Below the pieces are notes generated by a model. The model was not told where the DNA came from, did no database searches, and worked only from the letters and a program-made list of their open reading frames with translations. Below, in pieces: positions 15,001 to 28,582 of a DNA stretch of 64,000 nt. The position numbers and the translations under genes were made by a program. Within the stretch, counting starts at the first letter, position 1. The number at the start of each line of letters is the position of its first letter. Location of the stretch: NCBI RefSeq assembly GCF_964194025.1, contig NC_134468.1, forward strand, positions 24,118,001-24,182,000, in the 5' to 3' direction. Source of the DNA: Convolutriloba macropyga. Lineage: Eukaryota.

Positions 15001-18000
15001 GAAATTGAAACCAATGCGACTATTGATAACCAGTTTTATCATATTTGTAACGATATTGATCAAAATTTTACCACAAATAACGAAAAATGAACAAAACAAC
15101 GGAAGTTAGCCTAACGTTCACAAAACGTCAAAACCTCCGTATCTACTCGAAAAAAAATGAATTAAAAAAACTTTAATTTGATATTCTTCCCATGACAAGC
15201 TTTCTAATGATACCACGTACACTCACTCAGATGAATATATCTATGGGCGGAAATTGTCTGAACAGAAAAGAAAACCCAATTGAGTATATAGTTCCTCTCC
15301 CCACTGAAGTGGGTAGGGACAATGAAAATGAAGTCAAATCGTCGCGAAAGAATAATAGATGCAAACCAGGAATAGAAAACCGAAGTTATGAAAAACAATA
15401 CAAACAATTGCAAAAATTCAGAAAACTGACTATGATGACAATCACCGCTTTCTCTAGCTCGACCAGCAAACTGTTGTTTGCATAAAAGAGGAAGTTATTT
15501 ATAAATGTTAAAATTTTCTACAATCAAAATCTACTGATTAGTTATTGCGCAACAACACTGCAAAACAACAAACCACTGATCGGCTCAATGAGCTGACAAG
15601 AAACCACAAAAATCAAAAAGCAAACAACAGTGCTATACGAAAAATATTTTTTCACTATGAATAGAAAGAAACTGAAATTGGAAGGTTGCAAATATCACCG
15701 TTGGTGATAACTTTTTGGAGTTATTTTCTTCAAAATCAAAAACAAATGAATGCAAACTAAAGATCTTGCTCGCTCACTAGCAGCCTAAATGTCAGTGTCA
15801 AAAATGACAGATAGCAAACGCAAAAATAAAATGAATAGGCGAAATTTTAATTCTTAAAAAGCTTAAAATTCAGGGAAAAAATTAGACGACAAAAACAATG
15901 CAACCCGAATGAGACAGTCAGCAGCCAGAAAAAGATAACCAAAGGGATGCTGAAAAATAACAAACAAGACATAAATGAGCTGGTGCTTCAGTTCGAGCAG
16001 GAAAAAATCAAAATATGCAATTTCAGTTACTATAACAATATCTGTTAATTAACACTTGAAAACAACAGTAAGACAGTTTGGAGCACATTTGAAAACTTCC
16101 ATGTGAAATATCAGCATATCAGGTTTCACGTAAAAATATCAACATTTAACTTAAACCGAATATGGACTTTCAAGAAACATTTCAGAAAAAAGTTCAAAAG
16201 GTTGAAACAAAAATTGACAAATAGGTTGATTTTCAGAATTCACATTTTGATCAGGTCATTACTCTTAGGTTTCACAAAACAATTATCATTACACATAGCG
16301 TCATATTTTGCCGCTATGTATTTTGCTTCTACAAGGTAATAGAAAGGTTTAAAAAGTGCAAAAGATCAAGAGTTGATTTCATTCAAGCAGTTGACTGCAC
16401 ATAGAAGAACTAAAAACCTGCTAACAACTAAACTTTGATAACAAAAAATAGAAAGATCAAAAACACAACTCCTTCTTTTATTTGTGTCATCTGCAGGTCG
16501 ATTGCACGGCGAGTTCTACGCGAGTTGCTTTTAAATTTACCTGCATTTTATAATCATTTTTATCAATTTACACGCAATCTAATTTATTAGTGTGTTAATT
16601 TGAAGATAAAAATGACCTAGAATACTAAACATAGAACAACCCCGTTTTAAGTTCAAGGACTGAGTTCAAGTACTGATCAAAAACCAAACTACAAAAAAAT
16701 AGCCAACATGCTTTTCTCGGGGTGAAAAATAATAAGGTTGACAGGAACGCCTTTAGGTTGAGCATTGATTGGATACAATGCTGCATAAAAATGTTTACTC
16801 AGATTCTTCAAATGAAAAAGATATTATGTCAAGATCTCAAAAAAAACAATTTCAAATAATTGTAATAAAAAAGGCAACTCCAAAAATTGATTGGTACTTT
16901 TTAACTGACACGAATCGCCAAAGTAAATCTGAATATAATTTTGCTGCTTTATCCACCCATTCATTCCATTGAGCGAATTCTAATGATAATTTTAGGCACT
17001 CCGTTCAAATTATGGAAAAGGAAAATCGACCAAGCAAAATTAGATAGAACAAAAAACAACAATTTTGTTCAAATATAGCTGGAGGATTGCCAGAAAATGA
17101 CCGCTATAGCTTCGTAGATCTGGAATATTAAAATGATAGTAAGAAAAACACCGAAAAAACTTCGTTCGACTGAAAACTGAGATGTTATATTTTGATTGAG
17201 AATCTGTAATTTATTGCTGCATTATATTCAATTGACCGTATTTCCTTGAACTAAAGTAAAAAAAAATGTGAGAGTGGGAAGGTCATTTTTGAGATTAAGT
17301 CACGTGTGACCAAAAACTTAATCAGGCGAATGAACAAAAGAATCACTCCACAAAGAGTGAAAAATGACTTCATGCACGCAATTCAGTTGAAATTGCATGA
17401 ACAAAAAGCAAATTTAAGTGAATGTGACACCATACGGTCGAAAAAAAAATCTTGAAGACAAAAAAAACTTCAGATTTTCTAATAACTAATATACACTGAC
17501 AGATTTCTTAATTATTGAGAAAAGATTTGAATCCATCTAGTTAAAAAATATTTAAAAAAGGACAGCGCCCCATTAAAATCTGAAAAACATTTTAATTTTA
17601 AAACTCTGCAATTATACCAAAACTAGTCGTGCTATTGCTGCTCATCACCTGAAACAAAAAACTGCTCAAAATGTTACCAAAACAGCTAATATGAGAAAAA
17701 TAATTCCGTTATATAAAAAAATGAAGTGAGAACAATTATATAGTTATATTAGCGGAAAACCATTAGGTATCAACTGAAATCATTCAATAATTTGTTTAAT
17801 AGCTTGACAGATAGCAATTGAGACCTTTAATAAATCTGATTCAGTCAAAACGCTACAAAAAGAAAAAAATGATGGCAAAACAAGCACCTGTTGACAATTT
17901 ACTAAGAAATTGTCGGAGCACTAAAAACCATGAGCTTGAATCAGAATACACAATATTTGTTCGTTGTGCTTCATAAATGGGACCTCTCACTGATTGAACC

Positions 18001-21000
18001 TCCATATAGCAACTGACTTCTCTGTAAAGGCGATGAAAAAAATGCAGAAAAAAGATAAAAAAAGAAGCCAAAAAACAAAAAGAATCCCTTTTCATTACAA
18101 AAATCAACGATGGAACATAAAGTGGCCTTGCTGTCACTGCGTAGCAGTTAACAAACCTCAGAGTTCCCAGTAAATGGGTAGTAGAGTTTTTGGGAAAGGA
18201 AAATCTGAATATATTAAAAATAAATGTTGCATTGTTGATTTCAAATTTGGCCGCATATTTAAGAGTTCCAGAACACTTTTATTAGGAACCGGAATTAAAA
18301 CCAGCCCTCAACTGGGTGAACAGAGATTAGGTTAGTAATTCTTTGTCCAAATTACCGGTCAATTCGGACAAAGTGGGCTAAAAAACAGTAGTGCCAGTTT
18401 TCATAAAAGATGAAAACCCAAATTGTTAAATCTTTAGCCAACAATTTGGCCAAAAGGGTTGGTTCAAACAAAGTAGCAACTCTCTATTATCACGAAATTG
18501 AAACCAATGCGACTATTGATAACCAGTTTAATCATATTTGTAACGATATTGATCAAAATTTTACCACAAATAACGAAAAATGTTAACAAAACAACGGAAG
18601 TTAGCCTAACGTTTACAAAACGTTAAAACCTCCGTATCTACTCGAAAAAAAATGAATTAAAAAAACTTTAATTTGATATTCTTCCCATGACAAGCTTTCT
18701 AATGATACCACGTACACCTCACTTAGATGAATATATCTATCGGCGGAAATTGTCTGAACAGAAAAGAAAACCCAATTGAGTATATAGTTCCTCTCCCCAC
18801 TGAAGTGGTTAGGGACAATGAAAATGAAGTCAAATGGTCGCGAAAGAATAATAGATGCAAACCAGGAATAGAAAACCGAAGTTATGAAAAACAATACAAA
18901 CAATTGCAAAAATTCAGAAAACTGACTATGATGACAATCACCGCTTTCTCTAGCTCGACCAGCAAACTGTTGTTTGCATAAAAGAGGAAGTTATTTATAA
19001 ATGTTAAAATTTTCTACAATCAAAATCTACTGATTAGTTATTGCGCAACAACACTGCAAAACAACAAACCACTGATCGGCTCAATGAGCTAACAAGAAAC
19101 CACAAAAATGAAAAAGCAAACAACAGTGCTATACGAAAATTATTTTTTCACTATGAATAGAAAGAAACTGAAATTGGAAGGTTGCAAATATCACCGTTGT
19201 TGATAACTTTTTGGAGTTATTTTCTTCAAAATCAAAAACAAATGAATGCAAACTAAAGATCTTGCTCGCTCACTAGCAGCCTAAATGTCAGTGTCAAAAA
19301 TGACTGATAGCAAACGCAAAAACAAAATGAATAGGCGAAATTTAATTCTTAAAAAGCTTAAATTTCAGGGAAAAAATTAGACGACAAAAACAATGCAACC
19401 CGAATGAGACGATCAGCAGCCAGAAAAAGATAACCAAAGGGATGCTGAAAAATAACAAACAAGACATAAATGAGCTGGTGCTTCAGTTGGAGCAAGAAAA
19501 AATCAAAATATGCAATTTCAGTTACTATAACAATATCTGTTAATTAACACTTGAAAACAACAGTAAGACAGTTTGGAGCACATTTGAAAACTTCCATGTG
19601 AAATATCAGCACATCACGTTTCACGTAAAAAATATCAACATTTAACTTAAACCGAATATGGACTTTCAAGAAACATTCTCAGAAAAAAGTTCAAAAGGTT
19701 GAAACAAAAATTGACAAATAGGTTGATTTTCAGAATTCACATTTTGATCAAGTCATTACTCTTAGGTTTCACAAAACAATTATCATTACATATAGCGGCA
19801 TTAAAAATATGCAAGCACAACAGCGAATTGTTGCCAGATTACCTAGTGATAAATTAAAACAAAGAATTCAGACGTGCAGTAAAAAGATTTAGCTAAGAAA
19901 GAAAAGAAAAAAGTTTCTTTCAACATTCAAAATTTTTGAAAAATTATACAAAAATTCTAACTGATTATGAATTTAATCGCTGAGCTATTAAAACTTCGTT
20001 CGACTGAAAACTGAGATGTTATATTTTGATTGAGAATCTGTAATTTATTGCTGCATTTTATTCACTTGACCGTATTTCCTTGAACTAAAGTAAAAAAATT
20101 CAATGTGAGAGTGGGAAGGTCATTTTTGAGATTAAGTCACGTGTGACCAAAAACTTAATCAGGCGAATGAACAAAAGAATCACTCCACAAAGAGTGAAAA
20201 AATGAATTCATGCACGCAATTCAGTTGAAATTGCATGAACAAAAAGCAAATTTAAGTGAATGTGACACCATACGGTCGAAAAAAAAATCTTGAAGACAAA
20301 AAAAACTTCAGATTTTCTAATAACTAATATACACTGACAGATTTCTTAATTATTGAGAAAAGATTTGAATCCATCTAGTTAAAAAATATTTAAAAAAGGA
20401 CAGCGCCCCATTAAAATCTGAAAAACATTTTAATTTTAAAACTCTGCAATTATACCAAAACTAGTCGTGCTATTGCTGCTCATCACCTGAAACAAAAAAC
20501 TGCTCAAAATGTTACCAAAACAGCTAATATGAGAAAAATAATTCCGTTATATAAAAAAATGAAGTGAGAACAATTATATAGTTATATTAGCGGAAAACCA
20601 TTAGGTATCAACTGAAATCATTCAATAATTTGTTTAATAGCTTGACAGATAGCAATTGAGACCTTTAATAAATCTGATTCAGTCAAAACGCTACAAAAAG
20701 AAAAAAATGATGGCAAAACAAGCACCTGTTGACAATTTACTAAGAAATTGTCGGAGCACTAAAAACCATGAGCTTGAATCAGAATACACAATATTTGTTC
20801 GTTGTGCTTCATAAATGGGACCTCTCACTGATTGAACCTCCATATAGCAACTGACTTCTCTGTAAAGGCGATGAAAAAAATGCAGAAAAAAGATAAAAAA
20901 AGAAGCCAAAAAACAAAAAGAATCCCTTTTCATTACAAAAATCAACGATGGAACATAAAGTGGCCTTGCTGTCACTGCGTAGCAGTTAACAAACCTCAGA

Positions 21001-24000
21001 GTTCCCAGTAAATGGGTAATAGAGTTTTTGGGAAAGGAAAATCTGAATATATTAAAAATAAATGTTGCATTGTTGATTTCAAATTTGGCCGCATATTTAA
21101 GAGTTCCAGAACACTTTTGTTAGGAACCGGAATTAAAACCAGCCCTCAACTGGGTGAACAGAGATTAGGTTAGTAATTCTTTGTCCAAATTACCGGTCAA
21201 TTCGGACATAGTGGGCTAAAAAACAGTAGTGCCAGTTTTCATTAAAGATGAAAACCCAAATTGTTAAATCTTTAGCCAACAATTTGGCCAAAAGGGTTGG
21301 TTCAAACAAAGTAGCAACTCTCTATTATCACGAAATTGAAACCAATGCGACTATTGATAACCAGTTTTATCATATTTGTAACGATATTGATCAAAATTTT
21401 ACCACCAATAACGAAAAATGAACAAAACAACGGAAGTTAGCCTAACGTTCACAAAACGTTAAAACCTCCGTATCTACTAGAAAAAAAAATGAATTAAAAA
21501 AACTTTAATTTGATATTCTTCCCATGACAAGCTTTCTAATGATACCACGTACACCTCACTCAGATGAATAAATCTATCGGCGGAAATTGTCTGAACAGAA
21601 AAGAAAACCCAATTGAGTATATAGTTCCTCTCCCCACTGAAGTGGGTAGGGACAATGAAAATGAAGTCAAATGGTCGCGAAAGAATAATAGATGCAAACC
21701 AGGAATAGAAAACCGAAGTTATGAAAAACAATACAAACAATTGCAAAAATTCAGAAAACTGACTATGATGACAATAACCGCTTTCTCTAGCTCGACCAGC
21801 AAACTGTTGTTTGCATAAAAGAGGAAGTTATTTATAAATGTTAAAATTTTCTACAATCAAAATCTACTGATTAGTTATTGCGAAACAACACTGCAAAACA
21901 ACAAACCACTGATCGGCTCAATGAGCTAACAAGAAACCACAAAAATCAAAAAGCAAACAACAGTGCTATACGAAAATTATTTTTTCACTATGAATAGAAA
22001 GAAACTGAAATTGGAAGGTTGCAAATATCACCGTTGGTGATAACTTTTTGGAGTTATTTTCTTCAAAATCAAAAACAAATGAATGCAAACTAAAGATCTT
22101 GCTCGCTCACTAGCAGCCTAAATGTCAGTGTCAAAAATGACAGATAGCAAACGCAAAAATAATATGAATAGGCGAAATTTTAATTCTTAAAAAGCTTAAA
22201 TTTCAGGGAAAAAATTAGACGACAAAAACAATGCAACCCAAAGGAGACAGTCAGCAGCCAGAAAAAGATAACCAAAGGGATGCTGAAAAATAACAAACAA
22301 GACATAAATGAGCTGGTGCTTCAGTTGGAGCAAGAAAAAATCAAAAGATGCAATTTCAGTTACTATAACAATATCTGTTAATTAACACTTGAAAACAACA
22401 GTAAGACAGTTTGGAACACATTTGAAAACTTCCATGTGAAATATCTGCATATCACGTTTCACGTGAAAAATATCAACATTTAACTTAAACCGAATATGGA
22501 CTTTCAAGAAACATTCTCAGAAAAAAGTTCAAAAGGTTGAAACAAAAATTGACAAATAGGTTGATTTTCAGAATTCACATTTTGATCAGGTCATTACTCT
22601 TAGGTTTCACAAAACAATTATCATTACACATAGCGGCATTAAAAAATATGCAAATACAACAGCGAATTGTTGCCAGATTACCTAGTGATAAATTAAAACA
22701 AAGAATTCAGACGTGCAGTAAAAAGATTTAGCTAAGAGAGAAAAGAAAAAAGTTTCTTTCAACATTCATAATTTTTGAAAAATTATACAAAAATTCTAAC
22801 TGATTATGAATCTAATCGCTGGGCTATTAAACAACCAAGATACCAAAATAAATCCATCGGAGAGATTATAGCAATGTGGTCAAACGAGCTTCAAAACGGC
22901 AAGGTTCTAAGGGACACTTAATACTCTTATCAAAAAAATCCTAAGTCCATTTTTCCGAGTTTTCGCAAAGATAAATCAGAGGTGTTTTTCATAGTGATAA
23001 ACATGCCATCGGGGTTCCACATCAACTTCTTGCTCTGTATTTTGCTTCTACAAGGTAATAGAAAGGTTTAAAAAGTGCAAAAGATCAAGAGTTGATTTCA
23101 TTCAAGCAGTTGACTGCACATATAAGAACTAAAAACCTGCTAACAACTACACTTTGATAACAAAAAATAGAAAGATCAAAAACACAACTCCTTCTTTTAT
23201 TTGTTGCATCTGCAGGTCGATTGCACGGCGAGTTCTACGCGAGTTGCTTTTAAATTTACCTGCATTTTATAATCATTTTAATCAATTTACACGCAATCTA
23301 ATTTATTAGTGTGTTAATTTGAAGATAAAAATGACCTAGAATACTAAACATAGAACAACCCCGTTTTAAGTTCAAGGACTGAGTTCAAGTACTGATAAAA
23401 AACCAAACTACAAAAAAACAGCCAACATGCTTTTCTCGGGGTGAAAAATAATAAGGTTGACAGGAACGACTTTAGGTTGAGCATTGATTGGATACAATGC
23501 TGCATAAAAATGTTTACTCAGATTCTTCAAATGAAAAAGATATTATGTCAAGATCTCAAAAAAAACAATTTCAAATAATTGTAATAAAAAAGGCAACTCC
23601 AAAAATTGATTGGTACTTTTTAACTGACACCAATCGCCAAAGTAAATCTGAATATAATTTTGCTGCTCTATCCACCCATTCATTCCATTGAGCGAATTCT
23701 AATGATAATTTTAGGCACTCCGTTCAAATTATGGAAAAGGAAAATCGACCAAGCAAAATTAGATAGAACAAAAAACAACAATTTTGTTCAAATAGAGCTG
23801 GAGGATTGCCAGAAAATGACCGCTATAGCTTCGTAGATCTGCAATATTAAAATGATAGTAAGAAAAACACACCGAAAAAACTTCGTTCGACTGAAAACTG
23901 AGAAGTTATATTTTGATTGAGAATCTGTAATTTATTGCTGCATTTTATTCACTTGACCGTATTTCCTTGAACTAAAGTAAAAAAAATCAATGAGAGTGGG

Positions 24001-24222
24001 AAGGTCATTTGAGATTAAGTCACGTGTGACCAAAAACTTAATCAGGCGAATGAACAAAAGAATCACTTCTCAAAGAGTGAAAAATGACTTCATGCACGCA
24101 ATTCAGTTGAAATTGCATGAACAAAAAGCAAATTTAAGTGAATGTGACACCATACGGTCGAAAAAAAATCTTGAAGACGAAAAAAACTTCAGATTTTCTA
24201 ATAACTAATATACACTGACAGA
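9072..24222. repeat. Four-copy multi-kb tandem segmental duplication with copy-specific deletions; content is mostly decayed TE sequence
   Basis: The same marker sits at 11191, 15231, 18728 and 21564 (spacings ~4.0, 3.5, 2.8 kb). Spurious ORFs recur, and 17853-18137 and 20691-20975 translate identically. Confidence 0.95.
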
Positions 24223-24842
24223 AGGCACCAAAGCAGAGAAAGAAACCTGAAGAATTAAAGAAAATCAAAAGAAAGAACCTAAAAAAACATAATTTTATTA
24301 CTTTCATTAAATTAGGATTCAAAGACACCAAGTTTCTCGTTTTCAAAAACACCAAAATACAAAAACTCTACATTTTTGAATAATTAATAAACACCGACAG
24401 AAGGCAACAAAGCAGAGGAAAATCCTCAAGATTAAAAATTAATCTATAAAATCAAAATCTTAATTTCATTAATTTAGAAAAAAATACACCAAGTTTTTTG
24501 CTTTATTAACACTCAATTCAAAGAAAAATCAAAACCAAGTCCCCAAGAATAGTTGCAGCAAGTATTATTCAGGTAAAATTTTAAACAGAATTCTAGCAAA
24601 ATCTCAAGGCTGCGTTACATTATATGAAATGAATGACAAAGCAAAAAATAAAAAAAGTTTCAGGAAACGGCTAAAATCATGATGGTAAAAAACACTTACA
24701 GAAAATAATTTTCCCTGAATTTCAAAGACTTAAGTATTACAAAGACTATAGTAATTAATACCAAAATACAAACAAAAAACTGCGAAAAATTGGTCAAAAC
24801 AACCAAAACGGGATTAGCATGAGTACAATGTCATAACATAAA

Positions 24843-25221
24843 CCGAACAACGTTGGACGAATTGATCTCGAGTGACATGCGACTCAATTTAGGGATGTAG
24901 CAAATATTTGTTATGGGTGCAAAAACTCTGAACTCATAGGGGCTCGCACCCGACACCTCAAAGATAGAATTCAGCGATCTTAACCACTAAGTTACAACGG
25001 CTTCGAGAATCAACCGCTCACAATCAATTTTATATCAGCAACAAACTTCATTTTGGTGTGACAGCGAATTAAATCACTCAACAAGAACAAGTGAAGCGAG
25101 AAAAGTCACTTCAGAAGTTACAGAATGTTCTGGAGCAAAAGCGCAAAAACGGTCAAGAGAAAGTTTTGCATAAGAGCAATGCGTTGACAATTATTGCTTC
25201 AAACTTCGTTCGAGAGCAATT
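24843..25221 (-). mobile_element. HINE family 1 copy with tRNA-like cassette
   Basis: Degenerate hairpin and subTIR at left; aacttcgttcgagagcaatt at right. Confidence 0.72.
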
Positions 25222-25952
25222 CAAAACAAAAATACTTCACGTTACAAAGAGATGTTTAATGTATGAATTATCAAATGGAAGTTGCCCTATGCACTGAACT
25301 CGGAAAAAAGTCCTCTTCAAAATCCAAAAATGAAAAGGTTGATGAAAAACTTGAAAATAAACTAAAGAATTGAGAAACATGAACGCATTTCAAAATTGAA
25401 CGAGAAAACTGCGCTCTCGAAAATACTGTGGTACCAGTTTCAGAGGGTTACATATTAATACAGCATCGAATGAAAATTAATTCCACGAAAAACCAAATTA
25501 CAAACAAACAAACTCGGCCAATTGAACGGAAAAACGACTATCCATATGCACCATTCTGTCGAAAACAGTTTTGAAAGTCGAAAAGTCATTCACTAAACGC
25601 ATCGCATGATAAAAAAAACTTTCTCGCTCAGAAAAAATTATTTCATATGTCAATTTTACTTACTTTTGCTTTTAGGTCGAAATGCGGTCTGAATGAATAG
25701 TCTCTCGGTAAAATATCAAGAATACCAATACTGCTCTTCGAGTCGTAAAAACCAAGAAAAGACCAACAATAGCCCCAGCTATCGTTTCGCGGCTCTTAGT
25801 AAGAACCTTTAATCGATTCTGCTGCTTTACTTTCTTGAAAATGAGACAGACAAATATTTGAAAAAAAAATCAAAACAGTAACAGCAGGGTTGTTAAATTA
25901 AAACAATAAATAAGTCCTCGAACTAATTTCTATAGAATTTTAAATGCATTTG

Positions 25953-27521
25953 TCAATCTTGCGACTTCTGTTTCTTAGAAGGAACAGGCGACGATTCCAT
26001 ATTTGAGTTTTCCGTTTTGCTGTTATCAGCATATGCTCTCTTCATTCGCCCCAAATTCTGTTTAAGGACTTGCGAATGCTCGACAATTCTCTTAGGGTAA
26101 TCAGTCCCAACAATGCAACCAGCAGCTTTCTGCACTGCAAAAGGAGCATTCCATGGTTCGTAAATGTACTCATTCGGGAACTTTCTCAGCTGAGGCAAAT
26201 ATTTCCTGATGTAATCTCCATTTGGGTCTGTTTTCTTTCCAAATGCAATTGGACTGTACACCCGAAAGTATTGACGGAAAAAGGAACTGGCAGACAACCA
26301 CATCCAGTTTGCAGCGTTCAAACTCCAATCGGCGTCCAGAAGCAATTCCTCGAAGACTTCTTTCCCTTTCTCCCATGATTGCCATAGATCACCTCTGGTC
26401 AGAAAACAAGCAACGCTGTGTCGCGCTAAGTGATGAATCCAACCTTCAGTACGTAATTGCGTCATTATTGCATCAATGAAGGGATAACCCGTTTTTGCAT
26501 TTGCCCATGCTTCTAGCATTGTTGGGTTGTTGTCCCACGGGATTTGTTTGCATATTGCGTTGCCTTTCATCTTATCAAAGTTCTTTATTTGCGAACCGGC
26601 AGTGTAGAAAAACTCACGCCAGTAAAGCTGCGCCATCAAAGACACTGGCGGCTTCGAATGCTTCGCTCCACTGTATACATCTATTAGTCTCCAATAAAAT
26701 GTTCTGGCTGAAAGGCAACCATATTTCAAATAAGGACTCAAAACAGTAGTTGATGGTTCTAGTGAGTTGGGGGAGGTTTGTGGCTTCTCAAACTCGCGAA
26801 CCCACTTAGCTTTTTCAAAGCATACTTTGTCGTCCAATCGACGCAATGCCTCGTTTTCTCCTCCGGGGTATAAACAGGGACCACATTGTGACTCGTCAAT
26901 ATCGAGCTCTTCAGAGGTCGGCAAGTTGTACTCGGCATCATCCAAAGATTGAGGTAAAAAATTTTCGAGACAATTAGGAGCTTCAACTGTTTTAGCCGGG
27001 TGTCCAATAGACTGTACAACAGATGTTAGTTTTTGCATTGTAAGCGGAACAGATCCCAAATTATGCGCAACTATACTCTCTGGATTGTACAAAGTGTGGC
27101 TGATCCTAGTTTCAAATTCAATTCCACGTTCAGCTGCTAAGATAGATATTCTGGCATCCCGTTCTTTGGAGTACGGTTCAGTGTCTTCTTCCCAGGTGAT
27201 TCTTTTTACATTCCACTTAGTAAACAATATTCCGAAAACTAATTCCGGGTCACCTCGTGCCACGTACAACCTCGATCCTAACTTTCTAAGCGAGCAATCG
27301 AGGTCTTGTAATGTCTGCAAGAAGAATCTGCGTCTGTTGTGACCGCATTTGATGTTTTTAGTGAGCCAAGGGTCAATAATGTATACAGGACGAAGAATTG
27401 GGAGCTCATCCGAGGCAGAGCCATCGATGGGTTTGAGACATGCAAGCAAAGCTGGGTTGTCATGAAGCCTCAGTCCTTTTCTGAACCAGTGAACGACAGA
27501 GCACGGCTCTTTGGAGGCCAT
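25953..27521 (-). CDS. phr6-4: (6-4) DNA photolyase (cryptochrome/photolyase family), intronless CDS, 522 aa
   Basis: VHWFRKGLRLHDNPAL, FEKPQTSPNSLEPSTTVLSPYLKYGCLS, GWIHHLARH (both catalytic His), DADWSLNAANWMWLS and YFRVYSPIAFGKKTDPNGDYIRKY. These motifs fit animal (6-4) photolyases better than vertebrate-type CRY. Confidence 0.92.
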   Translation of the reverse strand: MASKEPCSVVHWFRKGLRLHDNPALLACLKPIDGSASDELPILRPVYIIDPWLTKNIKCGHNRRRFFLQTLQDLDCSLRKLGSRLYVARGDPELVFGILFTKWNVKRITWEEDTEPYSKERDARISILAAERGIEFETRISHTLYNPESIVAHNLGSVPLTMQKLTSVVQSIGHPAKTVEAPNCLENFLPQSLDDAEYNLPTSEELDIDESQCGPCLYPGGENEALRRLDDKVCFEKAKWVREFEKPQTSPNSLEPSTTVLSPYLKYGCLSARTFYWRLIDVYSGAKHSKPPVSLMAQLYWREFFYTAGSQIKNFDKMKGNAICKQIPWDNNPTMLEAWANAKTGYPFIDAIMTQLRTEGWIHHLARHSVACFLTRGDLWQSWEKGKEVFEELLLDADWSLNAANWMWLSASSFFRQYFRVYSPIAFGKKTDPNGDYIRKYLPQLRKFPNEYIYEPWNAPFAVQKAAGCIVGTDYPKRIVEHSQVLKQNLGRMKRAYADNSKTENSNMESSPVPSKKQKSQD

Positions 27522-27530
27522 TGAAGTGTA

Positions 27531-27605
27531 CTAATTAGTAGGCATATAATTTACGATGACATTGTTCTATAAAATTAGTAACAGATAGACTGAAGAGAAA
27601 CCCAC
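27531..27605 (-). other. Probable short 5' UTR intron of the photolyase
   Basis: Donor AAG|GTGGGT at 27605, TACTAAT branch-like motifs, and acceptor ctactaattag 9 nt before the ATG. An alternative acceptor ttttatag lies near 27567. Confidence 0.5.
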
Positions 27606-27967
27606 CTTTGCAAAAGTTTGCTTCGAAACTATTTCAAGATTAATTTCTGATTTTTTTAAAAAATTTTAAGCTAAATGTATCTTAAGCAGTTGTTTATCTA
27701 AAGCTATTTTTCTTAAGTTTATTTATCTCAAGTTAACTAAGAAACAGTTTAATCAATGGGTACATAAGTGATAAAAACTTTCTGGTACCTCCTACTTTAT
27801 CGCGCAAAAAATGGATTATTTAATTTTTCTATTCTAAGACAGCATACTGAAAATTTACATTTATGCGAAAAATGTACATATCAATGAAGGGGAGTTTAGA
27901 GAAAATTATTGCAAATTATTGAAAAATCTTTACAAAAGACAGAATGTGAGTTTTTTGCCAGGTCCAA

Positions 27968-28269
27968 TCATCGGCTCCTAGCTTTCAAAGCTTCAGTGCC
28001 TTGCTTGGATTTCCAACCAGGAGCTCGTTCAAAGCCATTCCTCCCATGCTGGTAGTCCTCGAAAGTTTTCATGAGATCTTCTTCAGTTGTTAATACGAAG
28101 GGTCCATGCTGCACAACTGGTTCATTGATGGGCTCGCCAGCAATTATGATAAGTCTGGCGGGTTCTTTCGTACTCGCTTCATTTTTTATCACAATTTGTG
28201 TCCCCTCCATAGAGTAGGTAGCCAGTTCATGAGCTGACACTTTTTTGTCCGAGTTGGTAGTAACGGATC
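27968..28269 (-). CDS. PIR: Pirin exon 3 of 3 (joined protein ~297 aa)
   Basis: Acceptor tttttgtgaccag|GATCC; IAGEPINEPVVQHGPFV...DYQHGRNGFERAPGWKS is the pirin C-terminus. The exon is 302 nt and in phase. Confidence 0.93.
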
Positions 28270-28582
28270 CTGGTCACAAAAAGATGTGGTTTGCGCCTAA
28301 GTCCTTAATCTTATTTTTATGCATCTTGAGAAAACCATTTTACGTTTCGAATCTTAATGCAAATTTAAGTTTTCACAACTTCGGAACAACTGAACAGCGC
28401 CGATTCTCCCTTAGTATACCCGCATGTAGACGGTTTAGATTACTGGTATGCAATCACCGAAAATTAAGAGAATATAGCCGGCAGAGTGCCGGAATAGCCC
28501 TGGGTACCGTAGATTACAGATAAAAACCAAAACGCCGCTTAAAAATTATGTAAAACAAACATTCATCGATAAATTAAATATA

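Noticed and set aside
10251-24355. Recurrent 60-156 aa ORFs as a tandem gene family
   Set aside because: Low-complexity K/N- or F/L-rich translations with frameshifts between copies. They recur only because the DNA is duplicated.
25953-27521. Circadian repressor-type cryptochrome
   Set aside because: The KPxTxPNSL and YFRVYSP motifs and the short C-terminal tail fit (6-4) photolyase better. A phylogeny would settle it.
26070-27524. Antisense and alternate-frame ORFs over the photolyase (likewise over pirin, NECAP, CDC37 and the PHD exon)
   Set aside because: Shadow ORFs of real coding exons with no recognisable motifs.
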